Origin: Azolla caroliniana
Lineage: Eukaryota; Plantae; Polypodiophyta
Length of the DNA: 53,565 nt
Direction of reading: 5' to 3'
NCBI GenBank assembly: GCA_043228905.1
Contig: JBHGNT010000205.1
Coordinates: 1 to 53,565 of the forward strand
Positions 11,326-24,500 of this stretch are shown in pieces; position 1 is the first letter of the stretch, and each line of letters begins with the position of its first letter. The position numbers and the translations under genes are program-made. The notes under the pieces were generated by a model. It worked only from the letters and a program-made list of their open reading frames with translations. It was not told where the DNA came from and did no database searches.

Positions 11326-12184
11326 TCATGTTTTCCACAGTACCCGCAATCGATCGGGTTGTTACGATAGCTCGGTTCGACATGATGACTCTCTAGGATT
11401 GTTCTTGTCCACTTGCCATTGGTGGGGGTTACGCTGTCGTGCCTTTCGGCTCCGGATCGTTTGCGTGAGTCGGGTGGGAACCACCGGGGTTTTGGACTAG
11501 GAGGAAAGAAAAATACAAATAAGGCTAGTAAAGAATAGGTATAAAGAGTTATAAGATAAGAATCTCGTGAATCCCACGAGTTTAGTATATTTAGTCAATA
11601 TTTAGGTAGTAAGAGAGAATTATTTTAGCAAATTCGTGAATCCCACGAATATTTTAGATTGATTTATCATTATAGAAAAATAATCAACAAAAACTACAAT
11701 GTGCTCCCCATCCTTATATAGTGATGGGAGAGACTAAGCATAGCTACATGCTTTTTTCTAATATGTTCATGCACACTAAATGTACATGTGATGCTTTTCT
11801 AATCCTTGCTTTTATTTGCTAAATATAGTGCTCATGCACGCTAGATGTACATGAGTCACTTTTTAGTTGCTTGCGTTTTTCTATAAAATATTCACGCACT
11901 CTAAAAAATGCACGATTTACCTTTTAATAAAGGTAGGTGCAAATAAAGCACTTATAGTTATTAAATCTATTTGTAGAACACTAAAGATAAGGTAGCATAA
12001 TGGTAAGGTTGGGGTTTGTTAACGTGGAGGTATAGAGTTCGAATCACGCCCTGCGCAGTAGTGAGTATTTCCATTTTTTTTACATTTATATCTCTTTATC
12101 CGGCTCTTCCTTGCCGGTATGCCGTTTTCTTCCTTGCCGGTATGCCGTTTTCCTCCTTGCCGGTATGCCATTTTCTTCCGGTTC

Positions 12185-14293
12185 TCACCGAGCACTCCAT
12201 TCTCTATCCGGAGGGACAAAAATATAATTTCCACATAGTGTGCAACCTACACTACGACACTCGCCCCCTCCGAACCCACACATCCTCCGGTATGTGCCGA
12301 AGTTGCCGATGCTCGTTGTCTCCCCTTCATCCTCCGTTTGTCCCGCTATGTCAACTTTGTCTCTCCATTTTGAGTAGACCCATTCTTTCCACCCGAACCA
12401 TTGTCGCCATCCGATCCACCATATTCTTTGTTCTCTGTCGTCATATTCTTGGCCCTTGTCATTCGTGGTAGTGTCTTTTACTGGCCTCTTTCTTGTCTTC
12501 ATCAACCTTGACTTTTTTCCGGATCGCTCTCGTCCGATCAACTTTCGGTTTGATCGGCTTCCGATCGGATTCGTATTCGGCCGAATCGGAATCGGTTGTT
12601 CGGTTTCGATTGAGTCGGTCTCCTTCCGGGCCGGTTTCGATCTATCGGTTTCGGTTTCGGTTGGCTTTCTTTTCCTCGTTTTCACCAGCCTCGATCGGTC
12701 CAACCTCCGATTGAGTCGGATTAGCTTCTTTTCGGATCGGTTTCGTCCGATCGGCTTTCGGCTAGGTCGGCTTCCATCCATATTCGCGTTCGGCCAAGTC
12801 AGACTCAGTCGATCGGTTTTGACCGAGTCGACCCCTTTTCGGGTCGGCTTTCTTTCGGGTCGTCTTTCGGCCGAATCCTCATTCGCCCGGTTCGGCTTTC
12901 GTTTGTGTCGTCTTTCGGCCGAATTCTCTTCCTTTCGGTTCGGCTTTCTTTCGGGTCGACTTTTGGTCGAATCCTCTTTTACCCGGTTCGGCTTTCTTTC
13001 GGATCGGAATCCCGTCCGGATCACCTTCCATCCAAACCGGCTTCCGACTTTACCTTTCTTGCTGCCACCTCCCGTCTCTCCGGTCTCACGTTGGTTCTCG
13101 GACACAACTGCCGAAGTCTCTAGAATTAGTGGGTAGGAATCCTCGGTATTATCATCCTCCATTGTTTCACCCATAGCCATATTCTCGGCTATCTCTCCGT
13201 CGTATGCATCGACTTCGACCTTTGTTTTCTCTCCGCCACCTTCCGTCTCTTCGGTCTCACGTTGCCTTTCGAACGCAACCGCCGGAGTCTCTAGAATCAG
13301 TGGTGGGGAAGTCTCGATATGGCCATCCGTCGTTGATTCGTCCATAGCCACCTTCAATTCGATGTCATCTTTCATGGTGACCTCCTCAATCAAGTCCTCC
13401 TTGCTCTCTTTCACTGCATCAATTATGCTTACCCCTTTTTCACCCGATGTTTCGGACACTTGTATTCTGAAATCTTCTTCTACACTTGGGTTATCGGCCT
13501 TATCCTTCGTCGTTGCTCTTTCGCAAGACAAGAGGGTAGCTTGTTTTACACCCTCTTCCGTCGCACCATCATGTTGTATTTCGGCCTTCATATCGGCTCC
13601 ATCGTTTGTCTTCAATCGACCATCCTTCATCGGCCATGTCGTTGACAAGATTCTCATCTTCCTCTCATCATGTCTCCGGCATACCCTTTGGACTTCGGCC
13701 CAATTTTCGGTAAGACCATTCGTACCGTCATCGTCTTCGAGTTCGATCCCGATGTCCATCCTTTCTTTTCGATCGATCGATTTTACGAACATTAGGACTT
13801 TATCCTCCCCCACCAACCGTTGTTCCCGCTCCGAGAGTCAAGCAAAACGATGCTCGAACTCTAGGAATGCTTGTGTTGCACTTCGGTGGGTCTTCTCCGA
13901 TGCCACCCATTCGTCGAATTTTCGCCGATCTTGTCCCTTTGATCTCTTGTAATCATATGCCTCTCGTAAAGCTTCTTCGAATGACCCCCATGTCGAGTTT
14001 TGTTGCCGTATCTTGTGGATTCTCTCTTGTAGCTCATCCGTGGCCACCCGATTGAAGGATGTCACTTGCAATCCTTCTGGTATCCCACATCGTATCATCT
14101 CCGCCTTGTAGTCACGTAGATAGCGTGACACATCATTTCCGTTGAATTGTCCGTTTCGTTGTACGAGCCGCTTTACTGCCCCCGTGATCTCCGACATCAC
14201 TCGTTGTTCTTGTAGCATCCGCTCGAACATCATCATCATCGTTATGCTCATTGCCTCTTGTTGATTCTCCATCTCCTTGCCACCCGCCTTCAC
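12185..14293 (-). pseudogene. gag: Gag N-terminus fused to acidic and Arg/Lys-rich repeat region; one in-frame stop at 13838-13840
   Basis: ORFs 13838-14293 and 12185-13816 are in the same frame; N-part homologous to ORF 36276-36818 (FEHRFA*LSER versus FEYRFAQLSDR). Confidence 0.75.
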
Positions 14294-14306
14294 GTCGGGT
14301 TCACCA
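14290..14306 (-). promoter_or_regulatory. tRNA-Trp primer binding site
   Basis: TGGTGAACCCGACGTGA, complementary to the tRNA-Trp 3' end, just inside the 5' LTR. Confidence 0.85.
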
Positions 14307-16014
14307 ACTGTGTCGTGCCTTTCGGCTCCGGATCGTTTGCGTGAGTCGGGTGGGAACCACCGGGGTTTTGAACTAGGAGGAAAGAAAAATACAAATAAGG
14401 CTAGTAAAGAATAGGTATAAAGAGTTATAAGATAAGAATCTCGTGAATCCCACGAGTTTAGTATATTTAGTCAATATTTAGGTAGTAAGAGAGAATTATT
14501 TTAGCAAATTCGTGAATCCCACGAATATTTTAGATTGATTTATCATTATAGAAAAATAATCAACAAAAACTACAATGTGCTCCCCATCCTTATATAGTGA
14601 TGGGAGAGACTAAGCATAGCTACATGCTTTTTTCTAATATGTTCATGCACACTAAATGTACATGTGATGCTTTTCTAATCCTTGCTTTTATTTGCTAAAT
14701 ATAGTGCTCATGCACGCTAGATGTACATGAGTCACTTTTTAGTTGCTTGCGTTTTTCTATAAAATATTCACGCACTCTAAAAAATGCACGATTTACCTTT
14801 TAATAAAGGTAGGTGCAAATAAAGCACTTATAGTTATTAAATCTATTTGTAGAACACTAAAGATAAGGTAGCATAATGGTAAGGTTGGGGTTTGTCAACG
14901 TGGAGGTACAGAGTTCGAATCACACCTTGTGCAATAGTGAGTATTTCCTTTTTTTTTACATTTATGTCTCTTTATCCGGCTCTTCCTTGCCGGTATGCCG
15001 TTTTCTTCCTTGCCGGTATGCCGTTTTCCTCCGGTTTTCCTCCTTGCCGGTATGCCGTTTTCCTCCTTGCCGGTATGCCGTTTTCTTCCGGTTCTCACCG
15101 AGCACTCCATTCTCTATCCGGAGGGACAAAAATATAATTTCCACATAGTGTGCAACCTACACTACGACAACGCTGTTGAGTCTGCCGACCTTTATGGCCT
15201 TGTTCGAATCGACCTCTATTTCCACGGCCGAAATTTCTTCTATCATCTGACTGGGAGTAGAGGATATGACCCTCTTGTGTGTTTCTCTTTTTCCAGGTGT
15301 GATTTTCCTCAACCAACAATATTGATTCGAGATCGAAAAATGAAGAAGGGTTCTCCCTTGCAAGGATAGCCGATCTAATCAAGCCAAATCGGGGTGCTAA
15401 GCCACCGAGGCATATTTGCACCATCTCGTCATTGTCGATTACGACATTAATCGAACCGAGGTCATCACACAACTCCTTGATGTTTAAGGTATAGCCTATG
15501 ATTGACATGTCCCTCTGTTGCATGTTGTTTAGCTCCTGTCGAAGTTGGAGCTTTTGTGTGCAGCCGTGTTGGTCGCAAAAATCTTCTTGAGATTTCCCCA
15601 AGCTTCTTTCGGTGTTTTCGAATCTCGAATATAGCCAAGCATATGATCACGAACGCATGATGCAAACGGGATAGTTGGCATGTGTTGGGTTGGATTGAGT
15701 TTCGTGAGCTCTTTCAATGTAACTCTAATAACCTTGTCCGACAAGGTATTGATGCATCTTGTATTCCCAAGATGCGAAATTCGTTCTGTCAAGCTTCTCA
15801 GTAGGAAGAGCGCTTCCCATCTGAGTGTTCATTATGTTGATTTCTTCTCTGTTGATGAGCCGGTTTTGTTGATCGCCAGCGTATACCACAACACAGCTTA
15901 ATAGATTCAATTAAGCAACCACACGCTCTGATACCATGTAAAGAAATGAGGAGCAAAAGTGGTTGAGATGCTACGGAAGGGTTGTGTGTGTGTGTGTGTG
16001 TGTGTACGTAAGGC

Positions 16015-16075
<61 letters not shown>

Positions 16076-16304
16076 AGACAGAGATAAAAGATTGTATATT
16101 ACATTAACCAAAATACTTCCAATAGTAACTAAGTTACAAGGGGTTGGTTTAAATACCAACTAAGTTAGGGTAAGTGCCCTTTCTACTATTTACAAAACTA
16201 GCCTGGTATGTCCATGAGCTAGTGTGAAACCTATTACTATGGGAAGTTAAGTTCGACTCTCAACTGGATGAATGCAGTAGCATTGGAAAAGACTCTGTCT
16301 AACA

Positions 16305-17157
16305 TGTTATTGATGCCTTAAACAATTGTTTCCCAGATGTTACATTTTTCAATACTATCAAGTTGTTTAATCCATCTTAATATCCCATTGAGGAAAATGA
16401 AAGAGAGAAAAAGACAAAGGAATGGTTGGACAAACTTATTGGGAAGTTTAATATTGACAAGCAAATTGTTGACATGAAAAGATGCTTCAATGAACGAGAA
16501 GATTTTGTTGGTATGCTTGTTAGAATTGGTAAAGGAAGAGGAATGCATGATGCATGGGATATTTGTTGTGAAGCACAATCTTGGTGGCAATTATTTCTGG
16601 GTATTATGCAATTGTGGCAACCATATATGACTATTCCTATTAGTACAACTGCATGTGAACGAGGCTTTTGACGTCAAAATTTCATAAAAAATGATATTAG
16701 AAATTGTTTCTCTTTGGAAACTTTAGATGCTTTGATGTTTATATCCTTGAATGCTCAAGAGACATCAAACATTTGTCGGAGGGTTATATTTAACCTTTGG
16801 TTTGAAGAGAAAGATAGTATCATTGAAGTAGACACATATTGCACAATACTTAGTATGAGTCATGGTATGATAAATATTTTTTTGTGTTTTTTGGGCTTTA
16901 AGAAATATATGATGATTAAGTATTCAGTTTGTATGATTGCATTATCTTTGTGAGGTAGTTATGTTTATTTGTGTATCTTTGTGTACTTTCTATAGTAATA
17001 AAATGTATAATGATGAAGCATCATATAGAGCTTTTCATTATTAAAACTTGTATGTCAAATGACATATTAGTTTTTGCACTTTCATGTCATATGACATACA
17101 TCTTTAAAAAATGTCCGTCAAAAAACTTAAAGACTAACCCGTCAAATTCAGGCCCTG
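16305..17157 (+). mobile_element. hAT DNA transposon 3' remnant
   Basis: hAT C-terminal dimerisation motif IPISTTACERGF*RQNFIKNDIRNCFSLETLDALMFISLN; terminates in CAGGCCCTG (CAGGG-type TIR) after CCGTCAAA subterminal repeats. Confidence 0.75.
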
Positions 17158-18549
17158 ATGGTATCTCATAATACCAAGTCTATAATATAGTTAATAATTA
17201 TGAGCAGTTATAATCAGTGTTGGGCAAAGTTTTATACCCCTACCAGAAATTTTCCTTCTACTTATGATCATAATCGGAAATTATTATTATTTTAACCGGC
17301 CACTTTCATACAAGTGATAAATGTCAACTAGAACATGTTCAATGTTTTTTTTACCACATACCAAATGAAAATTTAGCACAGGATGAGGTGGCAACATAGA
17401 TAGAGTACATTCTATGAAAGTAAGATGTTATCCCTCCCCTACTTGTTTCGGCCTCTACATAGATGAGGTAGCAACATTGAGATGGTGAGATTATTTGTTG
17501 ATGACATAATCTTGGTGCCTAAATCTTGTGCAAGTATACAATATCATCTAATAACCTATATGGTATTCCTTGTGAAAAGGGGTTCACAATAAATACTAAG
17601 ACCATGAACTTCAGTGCATCCACTTTGACCTTTTAAAAGGTTGTCTTCAACCTATCAAGAGGGCATTTTGAAGTGGTGGGTTCTTGACTATATATAGTGG
17701 GCAAATTTACAAGCATAAATAGGCATTTCTTTCTGACCATGCCACCATGGATCGACTCACTTAAGGATATGCAACTTTGGCTAACCTTTAACTTCAACAC
17801 ACTTCCTTGCCTACCCTTATGTATGATGCAACCATATGGGCTTTAAGACGCCCCATGTACATATGGACATAGAAAGTCCACTAATAATTATGTTGTCCTA
17901 GATAACATATAGCAAAGTATCCACCCCACATGAGATCAATTGCTTTCAATTGACAAAACCCTCCCCCCTTGATGATAGAAGCATCGTTCCATCAGTCCAA
18001 AACAATCACTAGCATCACTAAACGCATACATACTAGTTATGACTTAGTGAGCATTGAGATTTTACCTGAAAATACTTCTCTTTGGCCAAAAGATCATACT
18101 TTGTTGATTATATCTTTAAGCAAAAAGGATAATCTCTAAGATATGAGCCATGACATACAACTCCAAGCATCCAAAACTTAGTACTATGTCCATATTAACA
18201 CATTACTATCACAACTCCACAAACAAGGGTCATGGAGACATTGCATATATGAACATTAAATAATGAATCTTAGTATTATAATGAATCATTCTTATACTTT
18301 TATGAGACATAATAGCTTAATATTTATTTCTAGTAATTGGTTTGGAGTTTGTGGAGAAATGGTATTTGCGATTTCGCTCATGAGTTAGCTAACAAAGAAA
18401 AAAATTTGAACATTAAAAATAAGTGACCTCACCCTATATGAAGATTATAGAAAATTGAAAGTATCTCAAGAATTAACATTGCATCACTAACCTATGAATG
18501 ATTAGTAGTAGAAAAATCTATACAATGGCACATAATCATGATTTGAAAT

Positions 18550-19043
18550 TGTCACGAAAACACCAACGATGGACTCGAACAGAGTACGAATGATGGGGCT
18601 ATGAGCATGGAACTTAAGAAGCTAGGAATGAGACAAGAGCATGAAGACAGAGATGAAGAAGGAGACGAGATGGAATGAAATGAGAATACTAGATTGATGT
18701 GTCAATGACTCACGTTGAATCCCTTGAAAGGGACCAAGGAGGTTACAAGTATCTAGAAACAAGTTCCGAGATTGAATATCTCTAGAATATACTCAAGAAA
18801 TATCTTTAGAATATACACGTCTAGAATAATATTGTACAATATTTCTAGAATATACTCACGACTAGAATATTCTAATTTTGAAAATGTATTATATGCTATA
18901 CTAAACGATACTAAACTATTATGTACAAATGCATGCTCGTATCAAAATGGTTGAGCATGACATCTTCTAGACTTACGGTTGTAGGGTCAATCCTCACCAA
19001 CTATGTATTTTATGTCACTATGTCGTGACATTATCCTCCCCTT
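18550..19043 (-). mobile_element. Isolated 3' LTR plus PPT of an LTR retrotransposon
   Basis: TGTCACGA...TCGTGACA terminal inverted repeat (18550-19030); internal TCTAGAATATAC tandem motifs; minus-strand PPT AAGGGGAGGATAA abutting. Confidence 0.7.
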
Positions 19044-19229
19044 TACAACCACCTTTTCGAAAACATGGTGTAGGGGTGAGAGGGAATTAGAACACTAACG
19101 GGTGTAAGAAACCATGTATTGTCCTCATCGGAGACAAGAACACCAACAAACGTGAGCGATCATGTGTGGTCCTCACCAGAGACTGGGTGAGCGACCATGT
19201 GCAGTGAGGACCACACATGGTCAGTCACG

Positions 19230-20600
19230 TTCGTTGGTGTTCCTGAACTGGCAAGCTTCACAGACTTGGCCCTTCCGGCCACTAAATTTCGGCAAGCCGA
19301 AAACAATGTTTTTCGTTCGCATCTCTTGAAGTCGCGGGAAGTTGACGTGGTTGATCTACTTGTGCCAAAGGTCGATGTCTGATTCGACCTTTTTCCCTTT
19401 GGTGAACATAGCAGTGGCAACGTCGTTCGTCTCGAGGATAAACATCCTCCCTTCTCGACGCCCTTGTGTGACAATATGGCATTCTTCTTCGATGAAGCAC
19501 CCGAGATGAGTGAACCAAACCTGCGTCCCTTAATCAACAATTTGGCGGACAGACACTAGGTTCTTGGCGATCATTAGGATGTGCAAGATGTTCCTCATTA
19601 ATCCTCTCTGGCTGACATGGCTCAGAGAGACATCTCCTATGTGCTCAATGGGGTAAGGGGTGTTGTCACCAGGTTCGATGACCCCCGACTATTTCAACTT
19701 CTCCAGATAGAAAAACCATTCTTGGTTCGTCGGAATCATGAATCTCCAGATTCCACATACCACACGTTGTTCGGCTTTGAGGTGTTCATTGCCATTGAGT
19801 TCGCCTTTGCTTCATTACGAATACAGTGCTTGTTTCACCACAACCGTGCCTTTGGCGTAGTGTGATCTCTGCGGTCTCTTGGAGTCGGCTATGCTGGATC
19901 CAAATTTGTCCAAAGCGGTTTGTTTCTTCTAGCACTCACTCTCCTTGTGGCCCTTCTGACCACAACACCAGAAACTTGTGGCTTTCCCTTCCCGACTCCT
20001 GACACCACCCTAACTCTCCCTGCTCGTGGAGGGGTCCATTGCTATCAACATTTCTATTATACCTCTGATTTTGCTCTTGTCAGCCGCCTCCATTGCGTTT
20101 TGATCCGGCTCATTCACCATGACCACAAGGCCGATCCGCCACCGTGTACAACATCTTGCTATCGGCATGCATGCTTGTTGACGCACCCGTGTGGTTCTCC
20201 TCTACAAGGAGCATTGCCTTCAACCTGAGCTCCTACCTGAGTTGCAACATACGAGTTGTGGTGTTGTGGTGGTGAAGACCCTCTTTAGGTTCCCCCAAGC
20301 ATCCTTCAGTAACTTCACATATCTTATCTACCCGAGCATCTGGTTGTGGACACACAAGGCCAAGCAGTACAAGCCTCGACTTGCTGCTTGCCCCCAAGCT
20401 GGGAAGTCTCTGTACGTCGTCTTTGGTGGTAATGCGTTTGCTTCTTCGACAAGACTCCAGTACTCGTGTCCAAGCAAGTACTGGTGCATCTTGTACGACC
20501 ACGATGTGTAGTTGCTTTTGTTGATCTTCTCCATCAAAAGAGAGTTGCCCATACCTTTGTCCATGTTCCTGTTTGTACTTGTTTGGAAGACAAAATCTTG
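19230..20600 (-). pseudogene. Degenerate Copia gag-PR-(pre)integrase remnant
   Basis: MGNSLLMEKINKSNYTSWSYKMHQYLLGHEYW gag start; WYVESG protease motif; LWHK..HVN GAG-pre-integrase motif; same family as the element at 21544. Confidence 0.8.
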
Positions 20601-21543
20601 TCTCTGTGTTTTGTTTACTTTGTCAGCTCGTACACAAGACACAATTGACTCAGCCGGACGCCACAAGATAGTTAGGTAAACACACACACACACACACAGA
20701 TAGATAAATAGATAGATAGATTATATTATCTTCTTCGGAGGTCAAATATGACCTATGAAACCAAAAATATTACATTTCCCTTGATACGTGTGAAAGTGAG
20801 TAGTGACTCTCGATCTTCAAGAACTTTACCAATGAATGTTGCAATCGAGAGTGCACATTGTGGTTGTGAGAGGAATTCATGCAAGGATTGGGCTTGGTCG
20901 AAGAGACGTGGAAAGCATGGTCGAATATGATGAAAGGTAGAGCATTGTATCAAAGTGTGATACTGAGACTCGCGAACTTGTTTAGGGCAAAGTGTGCATA
21001 GCCGACCACTCTCATCACTTGTGCCCCAACACCCTGTCTCACATTGCAATGCATGTGAGTTAAGTCGCATGGAAGCAATGGTTTGAATTGCAGATAATGG
21101 TATGGGCTCTAACATGTATCGATGTGTACGATTTCCCCGTTCCACAAAGAATATGGTTTTGTAGTTAGGTGCAACATGTGTAGCATAATGTGTGAAGCAT
21201 GAGGCTCCACATTTGTCCCATGTGATGATACATTGGCGGTGCAAAAAGGCCTAATTTAGAGAGGAATCTAATGACGCATCATGAAGCAAGTGTCTCGCAT
21301 CCCATCTACCAAACCATTTTTCTATATCTTGCATCCAACCGGAACACAAAATTTTGCTTTTATGCGTCTTTTGGATCATTTTTCTTGCTTCCCATGCAAT
21401 TCTAGGAAGTCGATGTGAGGGACTTTTTTGAACCTTAAGCATGTATTCAACAACCCTTTCCATGGCCATGATCTCAATGGGAAGCGATCCCGTCTCAAAG
21501 AGGAGGGTGTAGGGCGTTTGTTTCTTAACTTGTAGAAACTTTC

Positions 21544-24500
21544 TGTTGAGTGAGCAAGCTCAACCGGATCCAGATCGGCTGAATAAGCCTGAGCCGGATC
21601 GGTATCCGGAAACAACCGACCAGATCGGAGAGCTGGATTCGAGTGGGAACTGGAAGCCTAGTAGTAGCCTAGACTACTAGGTAATCATTGTCTCGTAGTT
21701 AGTGTCAGTCGCACTTGTGAGCATTGAAGTACCTGTCAGTACTTCTATCAATCCTTTATGGACTTGTATAAATAGTGTTGTTTAGCACATTGTATCTACA
21801 AAGTCTTAGAGTTAATTTTTTGAATATAGTTTTATGTTCTGCTTTGCTCTCTCTCTCCTCTGTGTTTGAAGCTTTTCCATTAAACCTTCATCTCATTTTC
21901 TGTTGCTATCCGGCTGAGCCGGTTCTGTCTGATGCTTCCGCACATTAACATTCACATGGTATTAGAGCGCCAAGGTTCAGAACCTCTGCAGGCGATGCTT
22001 GCTTTCGTTAGAAAAACCCTAGAACCCAACAACAACAAACAGAGAGAAGATATGGACAGAGGAATGGCGAGTTCACTTCCAACATAGAAGCTTGACCGGA
22101 GCAACTATGCGTCCTGGTCATATAAAATGCACCAGTACCTGTTGGGGCATGGATATTGGAGTTTCGTGGAAGGAACAAATGAAGTAGCACTGGAGTCGTC
22201 ACACAAAGACTTCCCAGTATGGGAGCAAGGAGCGAGTCGAGTACTGTACTATCTCGCGTCCGGTGTGCATGATCAAATGCTCAGCTACATCAAGGATGCA
22301 ATGACGCCGAAGGAGGCCTGGATATTGTAGCTTCGGCAAGAGCTAAACAACATCCGGCAAAGAGACATGTCGGTTACGAACTACACCACCAAGATAAAGG
22401 AGATTTGTGACGCAATCAGGTCCATCAACATGACGGTGGACAAAGAAGAGATGGTACAAATTTGCCTCAGTGATCTAGCGCAAAGGTACGGGCCAATCCG
22501 GACAGCAATCTGCACCCGGGAGAAACCACTGTCCTTCTTCGACTTGCAATCGATGCTGATGGTCGAAGAAAACCATGCGAGTGGGTGAAGGACCACTCAA
22601 TTGGATGGTTGGATGTTGTACATGGAGACAGATCGTCCCCATGGACGTGGTGGACGAGGTGGATCGGCACGCAATGGAGGTGGTTGACAAGAGTAGGACC
22701 GGAGGCACAGAGGTTGTGCCGACAGCAGTTCTGGACCCTCCACAAGTAGGGGGAGTCAAAGTGGCTCCGAGAACAGGCAAGGAAAGGCCTACACGGAATG
22801 TTGGTCCTGTGGCAAAAAGGGCCATAGGGAAAGCGAGTGCTGGAAAAAGTGCGCTGATTCGAACAAAACCGGATCCGGCAAAACCGGTCGGGAGAACCGG
22901 CAAAGCTTGCACTACATGGAAGGATCGAGAGGATCCGGAACCGGGAAAACCAGTAAAGGGCCAACCTTCGTGATGAAGCACAAGACTAACTCGATGAAGA
23001 AGACTACTTCTGGATCGGAGGAAGTATGGTACGTTGATTCCGGAGCGTCCAACCACATGACAAGCCATGAAGAGTGGTTCTCATTTTTGGAGAAACCGGA
23101 TCAACCGGGGATTATCGAAACCGGAGACGACACCCCTCACCAGATTGTGCATGTCAGAGAAGTCCCTTTAAGCCATGTCAGACAAAAGGGGAAGCTGATG
23201 AACGTACTACATGTTCCAACTATCACAAAGAACCTGGTATCAGTTGGACAAATCGTCGACTAGGGGATGCAGGTGCGGTTTACAGACCTAGGGTGCTTCA
23301 TCAAGGAAGAGGGTCAGATAATTACGCAAGGGCGCAGAGATGGGAGGATGTTCATCCTCAACACTAATGATGTCAGCACTACTATGTTTGTGAAGGGGCA
23401 GAAGGTCGAATCGGACATCGACTTGTGGCACAAGCGGATCGGCCACGTCAATTATCGGAGGCTTCAAGACTTGCAATCGAAACAAGTCATTGTCGGTTTG
23501 CCGAAATTTAGCGGCCAGAAGGCCGAAATTTGTGAAGCCTACCAACTTGGGAAGCAACATTGGCTTCTATTCCCCACCGATCGAAACCAGAGCCATAACA
23601 AGCTCGATTTAATCCACTCGGATGTATGGGGACTGGCACAAAATGTTAGTCTTGGCAGGAGTCAGTATTTCGTCTCCTTCATCAATGACTACAGCCAACA
23701 CACGTGGATCTACCTCATCGAGAGGAAGAGTGAAGTCTTCGAGTGTTTCCGGAATCTTCAAAGCTTGCTTGAACGGGAAACAGAGAGGAAGATCAAGTGC
23801 CTACGGTCGGATGGCGGGAAAGAATACTTTTCCGGCCAATTCAACAGTTATCTGCAGCAGAACAGAATTCGGAGAGAATTTAGTTGTAGGTACACACCAA
23901 AGCAAAACGGTGTGGCCGAAAGGAAGAACCAGTCGATTGTTGATGCGGCAAGGGCAATGCTGGAGGAGAAGAGCATGCCCCATTTGTACCGGGCCGAGGT
24001 GGTCCAGACGGCCGTCTACATCCAAAACCGGATTGGTGACAAGGTGTCAGCACATGAGTTGTATCTCGGGCGAAAGCCGAATTTGAGACACCTTCGGATA
24101 TTTGGTAGCATAGCATATGTGCATGTACCAGATGAGAAGCGGAGGAAGCTGGATCCGAAGTCAGAGAAGTGCATTCTAGATAGTTACTTGCATGAGCACA
24201 AGGGGTATAAGTGCTATAACCCCCAGACTAAGCAGGTCCGAGTAAGTCGAGATGTCGAGTTTGATGAGACGGCATCATGGTACTCCTTACCGACTCCACC
24301 TCTTGACGAAGACCCGATTCCGGAAGATGAGGCTAGTGAGCCCGAGGAGGTCCAGGTAGAAGATGAAGACTTCGGCACTCTAGAAGAGAGTCTGATCTCA
24401 TTCCTGCTAAGTGGACCGAATGCGCGGCTGAGTTGGGATGACCAATCGAATGAGGAACCAACGAGTAGTGGAGACTCTATCGTGTTGTCCCCGCGCAAGG

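Larger units (their letters stand above)
11435..15169 (-). mobile_element. Non-autonomous Trp-primed Gypsy element (gag-derived ORF only, no pol)
   Basis: LTRs 11435-12259 and 14311-15169, nearly identical; 4-bp TSD ACGC at 11431-11434 and 15170-15173; PBS TGGTGAACCCGACGTGA (tRNA-Trp); PPT GGAGGGGGCGAG next to the 3' LTR; LTR shared with the element at 48073. Confidence 0.95.
11326..16304 (-). mobile_element. Ty1/Copia 5' fragment (LTR, PBS, gag), split by later insertions
   Basis: LTR 15937-16304 (TG...CA, with GT/GA microsatellites); Met PBS TGGTATCAGAGC 15936-15925; gag MGSALPTEKLDRTNFASWEYKMHQYL at ~15820-15174, continuing 11430-11326 to a zinc knuckle. Confidence 0.85.

Noticed and set aside
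11985-12060. Bona fide tRNA genes in LTRs
   Set aside because: A and B boxes are present but stems are poorly paired and no clear anticodon arm is seen; reported as tRNA-like cassettes instead.
12456-13952. Long plus-strand ORFs (226 and 196 aa) and similar antisense ORFs over other pol genes (e.g. 51328-52068)
   Set aside because: Antisense shadows of TE coding frames; no independent motifs.
17158-18549. Possible ancient transposase relics here and at 28500-29500 and 31700-33300
   Set aside because: No ORF or motif I can identify confidently; a translated search against TE protein libraries would be needed.
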